Below, one piece after another: positions 1-10,113 of a DNA stretch of 64,000 bases. Each line of letters begins with the position of its first letter. The stretch's first letter is position 1. The DNA comes from an uncultured delta proteobacterium (GTDB taxonomy: Bacteria > Desulfobacterota > Binatia > UBA9968): assembly GCA_963840855.1 (NCBI GenBank), contig CAWJBB010000061.1, positions 1 to 64,000 of the forward strand, read 5' to 3'. The notes under the pieces are model-generated. The model made no database searches. It worked only from the letters and a program-made list of their open reading frames with translations, and had not been told where the DNA came from. The position numbers and the translations under genes are program-made.

Positions 1-10
1 ACCCACGCAA

Positions 11-733
11 CTACGGCATCTCGGCCAGGAGTCGACCGTAGCCTGTCTTGGGTTGCCGCACATGTAACCGCTTTTGGATCTCCCAAGCTTGCGCGACTCC
101 CGGGTGAAGGACCGGCACTTGGAGATCCTCTTCGAGCAGCTCGATGATGTCCAGAATGCGCAGCTTCCCTCCCTGAAAATAGATCCCGTCGGCATCGGGG
201 TGTTTTAGAAACAGCCGCTTGACGTGGGAATAGACTTCGGTCGACGCAAGCCTCCCGGCCTCCTCCCACGGAACTGGCAGTCTCTCGATGCCAAGCACAT
301 CGAAGCCGGCCGCCGTAAAGTAGTTAACGACGATGCTCGTGTCTTCGAAGTCGTACCCGACACCGACGAATTTTTTGATCTTCAGGGCCTTTAGCGCCGC
401 GATCTGGTTCGTGCCTGAGGTGAAGATCGGAATCTTGAACTTTTTTTCCCACTTCTCGATGATTTCCCGCTCTCCCTTATATCCCAGGAGCATGAACGGC
501 GGCGTGCCTGCAGCGTGTATGAGGTCAACCTGATCCTCGGCAAGTTCCGCAATCTTTTCCTCGTATGCCGGAATCGCCGCACGGAACTCCTCGATCTTGC
601 CATGTCGAATATTGTTGAAGAGCGGGATAATTCCGATGCCGTCCGGCAGCATCCGGATCATTTCTACAAGTGAAGCGGAGCCCTTGGTAGGCTTAATAAT
701 TCCCACCATGCCACGCCAAGTATCAGACGCCAT
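11..733 (-). CDS. Asp/Glu racemase superfamily protein (maleate isomerase / arylmalonate decarboxylase-like), cysteine-free
   Basis: Family pattern GIIKP...DLIHAAGTPP...IPIFTS...ALKAL.IKK...DADGIYFQGG...LEEDLQVPVLHP...GYGRLL; RBS AGGA upstream. Confidence 0.8.
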   Translation of the reverse strand: MASDTWRGMVGIIKPTKGSASLVEMIRMLPDGIGIIPLFNNIRHGKIEEFRAAIPAYEEKIAELAEDQVDLIHAAGTPPFMLLGYKGEREIIEKWEKKFKIPIFTSGTNQIAALKALKIKKFVGVGYDFEDTSIVVNYFTAAGFDVLGIERLPVPWEEAGRLASTEVYSHVKRLFLKHPDADGIYFQGGKLRILDIIELLEEDLQVPVLHPGVAQAWEIQKRLHVRQPKTGYGRLLAEMP

Positions 734-808
734 ATTCTTTCCTCCTTTGTCTCAAGTGCTCGAGAGCCGATTCGACCTACACCGTGCTTCGCCATCGAGG
801 TCTGCCGA

Positions 809-1837
809 TTAATTTGCCAGCAGCGTTTTCATGCGCTCGATGACTTCGGGCGGTTGGGACATAATCTCTTTGGCTATGGTCTGGAGTTCCTCACCGCCGG
901 TCGGATCGACTTCCAGTCTTTTCTTTTTGGCCTCTGCCAACAGCTGGGGATCTGCCATGGCTTTATTGAAGGCGTCTCTCATGATTTTTACTCTTTCCGG
1001 CGCGACTCCGGGTGACATTATGATTGGACGTCCCATATCTCCGTTGGCGAGCAAAACGACTGCCAGACGTCGGTCAGATTCAGGCGCTTTATACTCATCC
1101 ATCAGTTCATAAATGGTCGGTACTTTAGGCAGCCTTGGATCTCGCTTGCGGCCGGTTTGAATGAGATTTCGGACAAATCCGTTTTTTTCCCAGGTGAGAA
1201 AAGGCTCGCGGCCGAAGTAGGTGACGATGGTGAAGGCACGGCATTGAAGCTCTCCCCGTTCCACCGCCAGGTCAACATCCGTACCTCCCTGATAACCTGA
1301 GATGACATGGAATTTGGTTCCGAGGATTTCGTTGAGCAGCTTGGGTATGTAGTTTCCTGTGGAAGAGGGTCCGGTGGAGCCGCATTTGGGAGGGTCGGTA
1401 GCGCTGCGCACGTCCTGGATAGTTTTGTAAGGGCTGTCCGCGCGTATATAGAGCAGGAGTTGCGATTGCCACGGGCTTCCTACGAAATTAAACTTCGGCC
1501 AATCAAATTTCACCTCCTTCAGCCCGACGAGTTGATTGAAATAGAGCGCGGGTTGAACTCCGCTGAGCGTCAAACCGTCCGGTTTGACGACTCCAGAGAT
1601 GTAGTTGGCCGCGATCATCGAGCCGGCCCCGGGCATATTTTGTACAATCATATTAGGATTTCCCGGGATATATTTTGGTAGGTACTGCGCTATCAGACGG
1701 GACCAAAGGTCATCGTAACTTCCAGCGATATAGCCGGCAACAAACGTGATGGTCTTACCCTGATAAAAAGAGCTTTGGGCATGAAGGTCGGACGCCCCAA
1801 AGAATAACAACAACAAACTCCAAAAAATTCTTACCAT
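809..1837 (-). CDS. Bug/TctC tripartite tricarboxylate transporter substrate-binding protein
   Basis: Signal peptide; FYQGKTITF..G..AGSYDD, PGNP..IVQNMPGAGS, KPDGLT, GYQGG.DVDLA.ERGE, PGVAPERV motifs. Confidence 0.9.
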   Translation of the reverse strand: MVRIFWSLLLLFFGASDLHAQSSFYQGKTITFVAGYIAGSYDDLWSRLIAQYLPKYIPGNPNMIVQNMPGAGSMIAANYISGVVKPDGLTLSGVQPALYFNQLVGLKEVKFDWPKFNFVGSPWQSQLLLYIRADSPYKTIQDVRSATDPPKCGSTGPSSTGNYIPKLLNEILGTKFHVISGYQGGTDVDLAVERGELQCRAFTIVTYFGREPFLTWEKNGFVRNLIQTGRKRDPRLPKVPTIYELMDEYKAPESDRRLAVVLLANGDMGRPIIMSPGVAPERVKIMRDAFNKAMADPQLLAEAKKKRLEVDPTGGEELQTIAKEIMSQPPEVIERMKTLLAN

Positions 1838-2019
1838 CGCGCCTCCTTGCCCCGCGGACGCCCAGGTTTGTTGCCCGTCACTGAGCGGGTAATGTGTTGC
1901 GTCGGCTTCGCGCTCTACCCAAGGGCGGACATTCAGTTTTTCGACACTCCGTTTAGTTTGTCAACCAAAATGGCTTTTACCGTGCCTTTTAACATATATA
2001 ATGGCTTTTGGACTTAGCT

Positions 2020-3096
2020 ATGAGGATCGCTCAGATCACCAGCGTGTATATCGCCGTTCCGCCGACGACGTACGGTGGAACAGAACGGATCGTCTACCAT
2101 CTCTGCCAACAGCTCACCCGGCGCGGACATCAGGTGGAGCTTTTTGCGTCTGGCGACTCGCGGGTCGACTGCACGCTCCATGCTGTTTTGCCCATCGCCA
2201 GCCAGGATGATCCCCATTCGACCTTCTATCTGGAAAAGGAGTTCGAGGCGCGCAACACCTATAATCTTTATCGCCAGGCCGGCCGCTTCGATCTGATTCA
2301 CGCTCATTGGACAACCCTGGCCCCCTATTTTTCCTCGTTTGCGCCAACGCCGACCTTGGTCACTTATGCGTATATGGAGAAGCACATCCACGAATATTAT
2401 CGACGCCACTTCCCGCATTGCCTTCCGGTCTGTGTCAGCCGCGCTCAAACGAAATTGTTGGGGGACGAATCGATTCCTGTCGTTTACAATGGGGTCGATC
2501 TGGACGAGATTCGATTTAACGGCGAGCCTGAGGATTTTTTTATCATCGTCGGCAGGATGACGCCCGAGAAAGGCATTGCCGATGCCATCCGCATCGCCAA
2601 GAAAGCCAAAACGAAACTCCTCATTATCGGCCATGTCACCACTCACTTGCCTTGGAGCGAGGAGTACTTTCTCAAAGAGGTCAAGCCCCATATCGACGGA
2701 GATCAAATCCGTTACATCGAGCGGCTAGCCTATCCCGATATCGTGCAATTGATGGGTAAGGCCAAAGGGTTCCTCTTTCCCCTGCAGTGGGACGAGCCTT
2801 TCGGGATGGTTGTCATAGAAGCGATGGCCGCGGGGACTCCGGTGCTGGCATACCGGCGCGGCTCGATGCCCGAATTGATCAAGAACGATGAGACCGGCTA
2901 TCTGCTCGATAGCGAGGAAGAGATGGTTGCGATGACGCAGCGAGTCGAGACGCTGGACCGCGCGCGCTGCAGAAGTTGGGTCGAGGAGCATTTCTCCGTG
3001 CAACAGATGATCGAGGGCTATGAGCGGCTTTATAAACTGGCTGTGAGCGGCCAACCCAAGCAGAAGCTCAAGCCAAAGCGGCGCCATGTCCGCTAA
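2020..3096 (+). CDS. Glycosyltransferase family 4 (GT-B)
   Basis: MRIAQI..VPP..YGGTE N-terminus, GRMTPEKG, EPFGMV.IEAMA.GTPV signature; ATG at 2020 chosen as start. Confidence 0.9.
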   Translation: MRIAQITSVYIAVPPTTYGGTERIVYHLCQQLTRRGHQVELFASGDSRVDCTLHAVLPIASQDDPHSTFYLEKEFEARNTYNLYRQAGRFDLIHAHWTTLAPYFSSFAPTPTLVTYAYMEKHIHEYYRRHFPHCLPVCVSRAQTKLLGDESIPVVYNGVDLDEIRFNGEPEDFFIIVGRMTPEKGIADAIRIAKKAKTKLLIIGHVTTHLPWSEEYFLKEVKPHIDGDQIRYIERLAYPDIVQLMGKAKGFLFPLQWDEPFGMVVIEAMAAGTPVLAYRRGSMPELIKNDETGYLLDSEEEMVAMTQRVETLDRARCRSWVEEHFSVQQMIEGYERLYKLAVSGQPKQKLKPKRRHVR

Positions 3097-4075
3097 GCAA
3101 TGGAACCTCGAACGACTGCTAAGCGAGAGCAGCTATTGGCGCTCGTGCATCGTAATCTCGGCGGCCCATCTGAACCTGTTCGATTGGCTCGGCAAACGGG
3201 AAAAAACTCCCAGGGCTCTCGCCGCTCATTTCGGCGGCAGCGGCGCGGGGTGGGAGATCTTTCTCGACGCGCTCTGCGGCATGGGTTTGTTGCGAAAGCG
3301 CGGCGAAAGATACGCCAATACCCGTGTCTATGAGCATTATCTTCGTGGCGGCGCGGCAGCGTTTCTTCTCCCAGGCTATGATGCTTGGGATGCTTGGGGT
3401 GGGCTCGCCTCTGCCCTATGCGCGGGAAAGCGACCCAGGACGCAGAAACCCTTTTTCTCCGATCGCAAAAAAGCAGAGAGATTACTCCATGGTCTGGATA
3501 TCCATGCTCAAGAAATTGCGCCATATCTGATCAAAAACCTGTCGTTGAGCCGCTGCCGAACGTTGCTGGACGTGGGCGGAGGGCTTGGAACCTATTCCAT
3601 TGCTTTTTGTCATTTCTATCCTCACCTGCGGGCAACCCTGGTTGAGCATCCTTATATATCTGCTCTGGCCCGTCGAGCCGTTAGGCAGGCTGGGTTGGCG
3701 AAAAGAGTGCGGGTCATCGGCATGGATTTTTCGCGTGAGGCTCTGCCACGAGGATTCGATGCCGTATTTGTCTCCAATGTGCTGCACGCGCACGGGGTTG
3801 ATGAAAACCGCTCTCTCCTCCGCAAGCTCCACAGTTGTCTCAACCCGAAAGGGCAATTAATCTTGCGCGATGTATTCATGAGTCGAGATCGGACCGCGCC
3901 CGAGTGGGGAACGCTTTTTTCTGTCTTGCTTCTATTGCACACGCCCCAGGGACGCTGTTACGCTCTCGAGGAGATTCTCGGATGGCTGCGCCAAGCCGGC
4001 TTCGCAGATATTGCGAGACCCTTCCGCTCCAGCCCGCTGCCGTTCGATCCAGACGCGATTTTAGTAGCCAAGTAG
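3086..4075 (+). CDS. SAM-dependent O-methyltransferase (Methyltransf_2 with dimerisation domain)
   Basis: LLDVGGGLG motif I, FDAVFVSNVLH, LNPKGQLIL; N-terminal wHTH-like dimerisation region; overlaps the GT4 stop by 11 nt. Confidence 0.85.
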   Translation: MSAKQWNLERLLSESSYWRSCIVISAAHLNLFDWLGKREKTPRALAAHFGGSGAGWEIFLDALCGMGLLRKRGERYANTRVYEHYLRGGAAAFLLPGYDAWDAWGGLASALCAGKRPRTQKPFFSDRKKAERLLHGLDIHAQEIAPYLIKNLSLSRCRTLLDVGGGLGTYSIAFCHFYPHLRATLVEHPYISALARRAVRQAGLAKRVRVIGMDFSREALPRGFDAVFVSNVLHAHGVDENRSLLRKLHSCLNPKGQLILRDVFMSRDRTAPEWGTLFSVLLLLHTPQGRCYALEEILGWLRQAGFADIARPFRSSPLPFDPDAILVAK

Positions 4076-4237
4076 TTTTCAATGGATAAAGGCGGAATCG
4101 ACGGGGCGACTGGTGCGGAGCAATAACCGGAAGCAGTGTCGCAGGCTTGACGCTTCTCTAAAAGTCGTTTAATCACGCTTTCATCGACGGAATTCGGTTG
4201 CAAAGAGAATGCCGATTCAACTATAAACGGACCCCAT

Positions 4238-5431
4238 ATGAGCATTCGCAATAAAGCTGTCGTCGTTGGTATCGGTGAAACTCCCACGGATCGTCTCGGC
4301 TCAAAACCCGGCGAGCCGCGCAAATCGAGCGCCGAGTATATTTCCTGGGCGATGCGCCTCGCGTTGGCAGACGCCGGACTCAGCCTCAAGGACTTTCAAG
4401 GCCAGGGACTGGGAGTGACGATTCCGACCGCCTATCCGCAACCGTTCTGGCCGGAAGAAGTCGCCGAAATTCTCGGCATCACTCCGGGATTTCTCCTCGG
4501 TGGCGCCACGGGTGGCGCGGGCGCCGTGTCGCTTCTGGGCGGCATGGCCGCGGCGATCACTGCGGGCTTGATCGACCTTGCTTTGGTCGTCGGTTCGGCG
4601 GCGCCGTTCTCGGAACATTGGGGCGGCGGCATCCAGCCCGGCGACATGCGCGACTGGGAAATCCCCTACGGCACCATGGGGCCCAATAGCAAAATCGCCA
4701 TGGTCATGCGCCGCCACATGCACCAGTACGGCACCACCCTCGATCATCTCGGCAAAATCGCGGTTGCGGGCCGTTATCACGCGACCTTGAATCCGCTCGC
4801 GTATCTGCGCGAGCCGATGACCATCGATGATTACAAAAATTCTCGGCTGGTCGCCGACCCAGTACGGTTGTTCGACTGCGTCATGCCCGCGAACGGCGGC
4901 AGGGCCTTTGTCCTGGCCTCGCCGGAACGCGCTAAATCGCTGAGAAAAAAACCCGTCTATGTGAAAGGCTTCGGCGAGCGCAGCAATCCTTCCTATGGAC
5001 CGCGAGCCGGCTCCGACGCCCTCATCATGGGCGTCAAAGACGCTGGCAGAGTCGCGATGGAAATGGCCGGCGTGAAACACAGCGACATCAATTTTTTACA
5101 ACTCTATGACGATTACATCGTTGTCGTGTACCTGCAGATCGAAGACCTGGGCTTCTGCGAAAAGGGCGATCTCGGCTTTTTCGAGCGCACCGACTTTACT
5201 TTCAAAGGCCAACTGCCGATCCAAACCGGCGGCGGCATGATCAACTGCGGCCAGCCATCGACCGCGGGGGGCACCTTGCACGTCATCGAATCCGTGCGCC
5301 AACTGCGCGGTGAAGGCGGCGAGCGCCAGGTGCCCAACGCGAAAATCGGCTTGTGTTCCGGCTTGGGCGTGCTTCCCTATGGCAAAAATCTTGGCTGCTG
5401 CGCCGTGGCCATTTTAGGAAATGAGGCATAG
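4238..5431 (+). CDS. SCP-x/Ltp2-type thiolase-fold protein (non-canonical, probable aldolase)
   Basis: VVGIGET, PVRLFDCVMPANGG.A.VL, QLYDDY, PIQTGGGM, ESVRQLRGEGGERQV; no nucleophilic Cys (GGAGAV). Confidence 0.85.
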   Translation: MSIRNKAVVVGIGETPTDRLGSKPGEPRKSSAEYISWAMRLALADAGLSLKDFQGQGLGVTIPTAYPQPFWPEEVAEILGITPGFLLGGATGGAGAVSLLGGMAAAITAGLIDLALVVGSAAPFSEHWGGGIQPGDMRDWEIPYGTMGPNSKIAMVMRRHMHQYGTTLDHLGKIAVAGRYHATLNPLAYLREPMTIDDYKNSRLVADPVRLFDCVMPANGGRAFVLASPERAKSLRKKPVYVKGFGERSNPSYGPRAGSDALIMGVKDAGRVAMEMAGVKHSDINFLQLYDDYIVVVYLQIEDLGFCEKGDLGFFERTDFTFKGQLPIQTGGGMINCGQPSTAGGTLHVIESVRQLRGEGGERQVPNAKIGLCSGLGVLPYGKNLGCCAVAILGNEA

Positions 5432-5437
5432 AGAGCT

Positions 5438-5863
5438 ATGGCTGAAGTAGATGTCAGAAAACCGGTCCCGGCAATTACGCCTGAGGCTCAGCCGTTTTGG
5501 GACGCCGCCGCTCAACAGAAGCTAAAAATCCAGCGCTGTAAAGACTGCAATGCCTGGGTGTGGACGCCCCGTCCCTCCTGCGTCGAATGCGGCAGCGAGA
5601 AGGTCGAATGGACCGACATGAGCGGCAAAGGCGAAGTCTATTCTTTTACCGTAATTCGCCAGATCGTCGGCCGCGGCGCCTCACAGGCGTTTCAGAAAGA
5701 TATTCCCTACGTCGTCGCGTGGGTGGACCTCGACGAAGGCCCGCGGCTGATCACCAATATCGTCGGCTGCCCGGTGGAAGGTGTGAAGCTCGGCATGAAA
5801 GTAGCGGTGCAATTCGAGCAAGCGTCGGACAAGGTTTGGCTGCCGAAGTTCAAGCCGTCTTGA
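5438..5863 (+). CDS. DUF35 Zn-ribbon/OB-fold protein (ChsH2-like thiolase partner)
   Basis: PFWDAA..QRCKDC..PRPSCVEC..SGKGEVYSFTV..PYVVAWVDLDEGPRL.TNIV; 6 nt after the thiolase. Confidence 0.92.
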   Translation: MAEVDVRKPVPAITPEAQPFWDAAAQQKLKIQRCKDCNAWVWTPRPSCVECGSEKVEWTDMSGKGEVYSFTVIRQIVGRGASQAFQKDIPYVVAWVDLDEGPRLITNIVGCPVEGVKLGMKVAVQFEQASDKVWLPKFKPS

Positions 5864-5939
5864 GTTACGGCGGATTGACCGCCATAGCGAGTTAGCAGGC
5901 AGTTACGGCAACGTTCCGGCACACTTAAGCACTTGTCTA

Positions 5940-6063
5940 CTCGCCGCGAGTTGATTCGAAACCTGTAACCCTGCAAACAGGCTACGCCTACTACGGAAGC
6001 ATCGGGACAACGAGTAGCCATCTGGCTGGCAACCATGTTTGAACCATACGCGAAATAGTACAT
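5940..6063 (-). pseudogene. Gamma-glutamylcyclotransferase N-terminal fragment
   Basis: MYYFAYGSNM...QM..RCPDA...GVACLQGYRFRINSR is the GGCT N-terminal signature; similarity ends after about 40 aa and the ORF continues antisense to the DUF35 gene. Confidence 0.7.
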
Positions 6064-6155
6064 TCTTTTGTCTCGACTTGTCAGCCCAATTCAACTCCAA
6101 AATGTAGCGCGACTAACCACCTCACGTGATCGTTGTCTCAAAAAGCTCCTAACCT

Positions 6156-7121
6156 TTACCTCTTCCCCACCTCATCCAGCAGCGAAAAATCATAAGACTG
6201 CTCCGGTTTCGGCAGCTCTTTGAGCCCCATGTCTCGCATTGAGAGCTCGGCGTCAAGCTTCATCGCCGCCGCCGTCGGTTTGCCGTCCAGAGCCCAGCCG
6301 CCGCGCATGGCATCGTACACGTAACCGGCTTCCTCTTGCGTCAGTGACAGCTGCTTGACGAGGACCGGCACCACTTTTTCTCTCTGATTGGCGATGATGC
6401 GGATCGCCTCGAGAACGGCTTGCATGCCCGGCCGCAAAAACTCCCGCTTCGATTGCATGGTCGCAACCGACATGCCGAGCCCGCTCTGCGGCAATTCAAC
6501 CTCGTCGGCGGCCCTGGCCAGAATATGGAACCCCTGCTTCAAAAGCTTGACGGTCTCAACGCTATTGACCAGGGCCACTGGAACGTTTCCGCTCATCAGC
6601 GCCGCCGCTCGCGCCGTGCCAGCGTTAATGACTTTGTATTCATCGGGTCGCAATCCCTTGCGCCGCAACATTTCGTTGAGGATGACGTTTACCGTTCCTT
6701 GGGGCGTGTATCCGCCAACTAACTTGCCGCGAATCTGCTCGATGGTTTGTATTTCCTTGTTGGCAACCAGCATGAAGTCGGAGCGATTCAACGCCACAAG
6801 ACCCACGCGGACCGGCACCCCGCGCAGCGCCGCGCGCGCGGTGGAACCGATGGCCGTGTAAAAGTCAAGCTCGCCCGCGAGCATTGCCGCCAGCGCCGCG
6901 CGCGGCTCGAGCACCATTACCCGAGGATCGAATCCGTGGTGTTCAAATATCCCTAAATGCTTGGCCACATAAATGGCGGTCATGCTCACGGAGTGATTGG
7001 CCAGCGCGATATGTAAGGGTTTCAGCTTTTGCTGCGCCCTCGCCGGAACCGCGACGGTGATCATCGCCACGACTCCGGCGCACAGACCACGCACAAGCCA
7101 TCGCCTGGCAATTTGTGACAT
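6156..7121 (-). CDS. ABC transporter substrate-binding protein, NMT1/SsuA-like
   Basis: Signal peptide, YVAKHLGIF..HG, AAMLAGELDF, C-terminal PEQSYDFSLLDEV. Confidence 0.85.
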   Translation of the reverse strand: MSQIARRWLVRGLCAGVVAMITVAVPARAQQKLKPLHIALANHSVSMTAIYVAKHLGIFEHHGFDPRVMVLEPRAALAAMLAGELDFYTAIGSTARAALRGVPVRVGLVALNRSDFMLVANKEIQTIEQIRGKLVGGYTPQGTVNVILNEMLRRKGLRPDEYKVINAGTARAAALMSGNVPVALVNSVETVKLLKQGFHILARAADEVELPQSGLGMSVATMQSKREFLRPGMQAVLEAIRIIANQREKVVPVLVKQLSLTQEEAGYVYDAMRGGWALDGKPTAAAMKLDAELSMRDMGLKELPKPEQSYDFSLLDEVGKR

Positions 7122-7294
7122 TTTGATGGCCCTCCTTTGCGGCCGGTCTCTGGCGACTCATACTCGCGCCACAGCGCTGCTGTCAAGATTAGATCGCTCG
7201 CCTCTGAGGCAGACATCCTCCGAACTTTGCGCTTGTCATGTGCCTCTCAACTGCGCTACTCATTCCAACAACATTGACAGCGGAGGAGCACGGG

Positions 7295-8754
7295 ATGGAA
7301 GAAGTCCGAATCGTCGACACAACCCTGCGCGACGGCAACACGAGCCTTTGGGCGCACAACATGACCACGGGGATGATGCATCCGGTCTTGAAGCACATGG
7401 ATCAAGCCGGCTTCGACGCCATGGAGTTTTTCGTCAGCGGCCGGTTCAAAAAAGTCGTGCGAGAGCAGCGCGACAATCCCTGGGATTGGGTGCGCTACGG
7501 GCAGAAAGAAATCAAAAATACCCGACTAAGATATCACGGCGGTATCAGTGGAGGATTTATCCTGATTCCCCGGTGCATCCCGCGCCTCGTCATCAAGACC
7601 GTCGTCTCCTACGGCATCACCATGACTAGACTTTCCGACCCCTGGAATGACTACGACGAGTTGGCAAAAGAGGTTGAGGAAATACGGGATATGGGCATGG
7701 AGTCGGTGGTCAACGTTATTTACTCCGTGTCGCCGCGCCACACCGACGAATACTACGCGCGCAAAGCCCGTGAAGCCGCCGCGTTAAGACCTTACCGTAT
7801 CTGTTTCAAAGACGTCGGCGGCATGCTGACTCCCGAGCGCACGCGCACGCTGGCGCGACTTTTCCTCGACAATGCCGGCGACGTGCCGGTGGAGTTTCAT
7901 GCCCATTGCAACAACGGACTCGCGCCGTTCAATCTCTTGGAAGCCGTACAGGCGGGGCATCCGCGATCGTGCACACGTCGGTACCGCCGCTCGCCAACGG
8001 TTCGGCGCAGCCTTCGGTGCTCAATGTCGCTGGCAATCTCCGCGCACTGGGATACAAACCGCTGGTGAACGAGAAGGTTCTCCATCCAGTCGAACAGCAT
8101 TTCCGGCGCATCGCAAGAGAAGAAGGGCTTCCCATCGGCGCGCCCCGCGAATATGACGAAAAATGGTACCGCCATCAGGTGCCCGGCGGGATGATTTCCA
8201 ACCTGCGCCACCAGCTCAAGATGCTCGGTAAAGAAAATCAAATGGACAGAGTCTTAGATGAAATCGTTCAAGTGCGAGCGGAACTTGGGTACCCGATCAT
8301 GGTCACGCCCTTCGCCCAATTCGTCGGCAGCCAGGCGGCCATCAACATCATGACCGGCGAGCGTTATAAAGAAGTCACCGACCAGGTAATTCAGTACGCG
8401 CTTGGCCTCTGGGGCAAAGAAGGCGCCGACTACATGGACCCGGAAGTCAAGGCGAAGATTTTAAACCGCTCCCGGGCGCGGGAGATGGAAAAGTTCGAAA
8501 TACCGGATACGCCGCTCGAAGAAGTGCGCAAACAATACGGCGGACCGAATCTGTCGGATGAAGAATTGCTTTTAAGATTTTACGCCGGCCCGGAATTCGT
8601 CGACGCGCTAAAAACCGCGCCGCCGCGCAAAGAATATCTAGATGCGCGTAAGCCCTTGGTGAAGCTGGTTGAAGAATTGGTCAATAGGCGAGATGCCGGG
8701 CATGTTTACATTCGGCGCGATAATTTCTCTCTGTCGGCCGGACGGCGACCTTAA
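7295..8754 (+). CDS. Carboxyltransferase (pyruvate carboxylase subunit B / oxaloacetate decarboxylase alpha-like), frameshifted near 7955-7965
   Basis: DTTLRDG, FKDVGG, HAHCNNG, HQVPGGMISNL, LGYPIMVTPFAQFVG; removing two extra G in gcggggcatccgcgatcgtg joins the two ORFs as AGIRIVHT; RBS GGAGG before ATG 7295. Confidence 0.85.
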
Positions 8755-8851
8755 GAAAAGTGCAATTTGCCATCGTAACCGCTGCTTCAGCCATCAGCCT
8801 CAGCTTAGTGAAATCATCTATCAAACAACCTGACAATATTTAGTTTCGTAC

Positions 8852-8879
8852 TTGCACGGCGACGCGCCTGCGTTATAGA
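8852..8879 (+). promoter_or_regulatory. Possible sigma70 promoter for the amidohydrolase genes
   Basis: TTGCAC-N16-TATAGA about 60 nt upstream of the start codon. Confidence 0.3.
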
Positions 8880-8942
8880 TTCGCGACGAGCCTCGAAGGG
8901 CTGCAGTTTTTAGACCGGCAATTCAAAATGGAGGGTAATGCG

Positions 8943-10040
8943 ATGAAACGGCCATTCCCAGTGATCGATGCCGACGGTCATGTCATTGAAAATATCCAGC
9001 AGTTCCGCGAATTTCTACCTAGTCAGTTCCATGGCGAAGATGGCAAGAGGGAGTATGTATTGTTTCCCCGGGACGGCTGGGCGCGGGGCGCGCTGACACC
9101 GCGCAAACGCGAGCATCCCGATGCCGCGCGCTGGTTGGAGTTTCTCGACGCCTGCGGCATCGACGCGACGGTGCTTTACACCAGCGCGGGTTTGGCTTTG
9201 GGCTTGCTGCATGACGCCGATTTCGCGATCGTGCTGGCGCGCGCATATAATAACTGGTTGCATCAATATTTTCTGCGCGTCAGTCCGCGCTTTCAGGGAG
9301 TTGCGTTGCTACCCGTGCAAGACCCACCCGAAGCCGCCAAGGAGTTGGAACGTTGCGTCCGCGATTACGGCATGGTCGGCGGTATGCTCGCCGCGGTAAT
9401 GAATCCCATGCGCGGTTACGGTTTGCCGCAGTTCGATCCGATTTATGCCACGGCGGAAAGGCTTGACGTTCCCCTTGGCGTGCACGCCGGCGTCGCGTCT
9501 GAGTTGGGCCTGGATCATATGACGAGTTTCGCCGGCGTCTATCCGTTAAGCCATCCTTTCGCCCAGATGCAACAACTGACGAGCATGATGATTCACGGCG
9601 TGTTCGAGCGCTTTCCGCGTTTGCGCGTCGCATTTCTCGAAGCCGGCTGCGGCTGGGTGCCCTATCTGATGGATCGTCTCGACGAAAGCTACGAACATCG
9701 CTTTAACCGCTGGCCCCACAAGGCGAAAAAGGCGCCGAGCGAGATCATGTGCAACGGCAATCTCTACTACTCCTGCGAAGCCGGCGAGCGCACACTCGAT
9801 ACCGTCGTCAGGCTGATGGGCGGCACGCAGCTTCTCTGGCCGTCGGATTTCCCCCATGAAAAACCTTGGGATGAGTTCTCCGGCAACCTCGACGCGTTCA
9901 TCGGCCGCGACGATCTGTCCGCGAACACGGCGCGCCAGATTCTCTGGGAAAATCCATGCCGGCTTTATGGACTTTCCGAAAAGACCATAACGGCAAACGT
10001 TGAAGCAAAGACCGAGACAGCCGCGGCTGCGCTGGCGTGA
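8943..10040 (+). CDS. Amidohydrolase family 2 protein (ACMSD/LigW-like decarboxylase or hydratase)
   Basis: IDADGH, RAYNNWL, PLGVH, GVFERFPRLRVAFLEAGCGW, WPSDFPH. Confidence 0.9.
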   Translation: MKRPFPVIDADGHVIENIQQFREFLPSQFHGEDGKREYVLFPRDGWARGALTPRKREHPDAARWLEFLDACGIDATVLYTSAGLALGLLHDADFAIVLARAYNNWLHQYFLRVSPRFQGVALLPVQDPPEAAKELERCVRDYGMVGGMLAAVMNPMRGYGLPQFDPIYATAERLDVPLGVHAGVASELGLDHMTSFAGVYPLSHPFAQMQQLTSMMIHGVFERFPRLRVAFLEAGCGWVPYLMDRLDESYEHRFNRWPHKAKKAPSEIMCNGNLYYSCEAGERTLDTVVRLMGGTQLLWPSDFPHEKPWDEFSGNLDAFIGRDDLSANTARQILWENPCRLYGLSEKTITANVEAKTETAAAALA

Positions 10041-10113
10041 TGACAATGGCACGCCGAGTGTCACGTTCTGCGCGGATACGAATACCGCGCGTTAACATTG
10101 GGAGGTGAGTCAC

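Noticed and set aside
7906-8068. Programmed ribosomal frameshift in the carboxyltransferase
   Set aside because: No slippery heptamer; two extra G bases explain the break, and similar indels are common in the window
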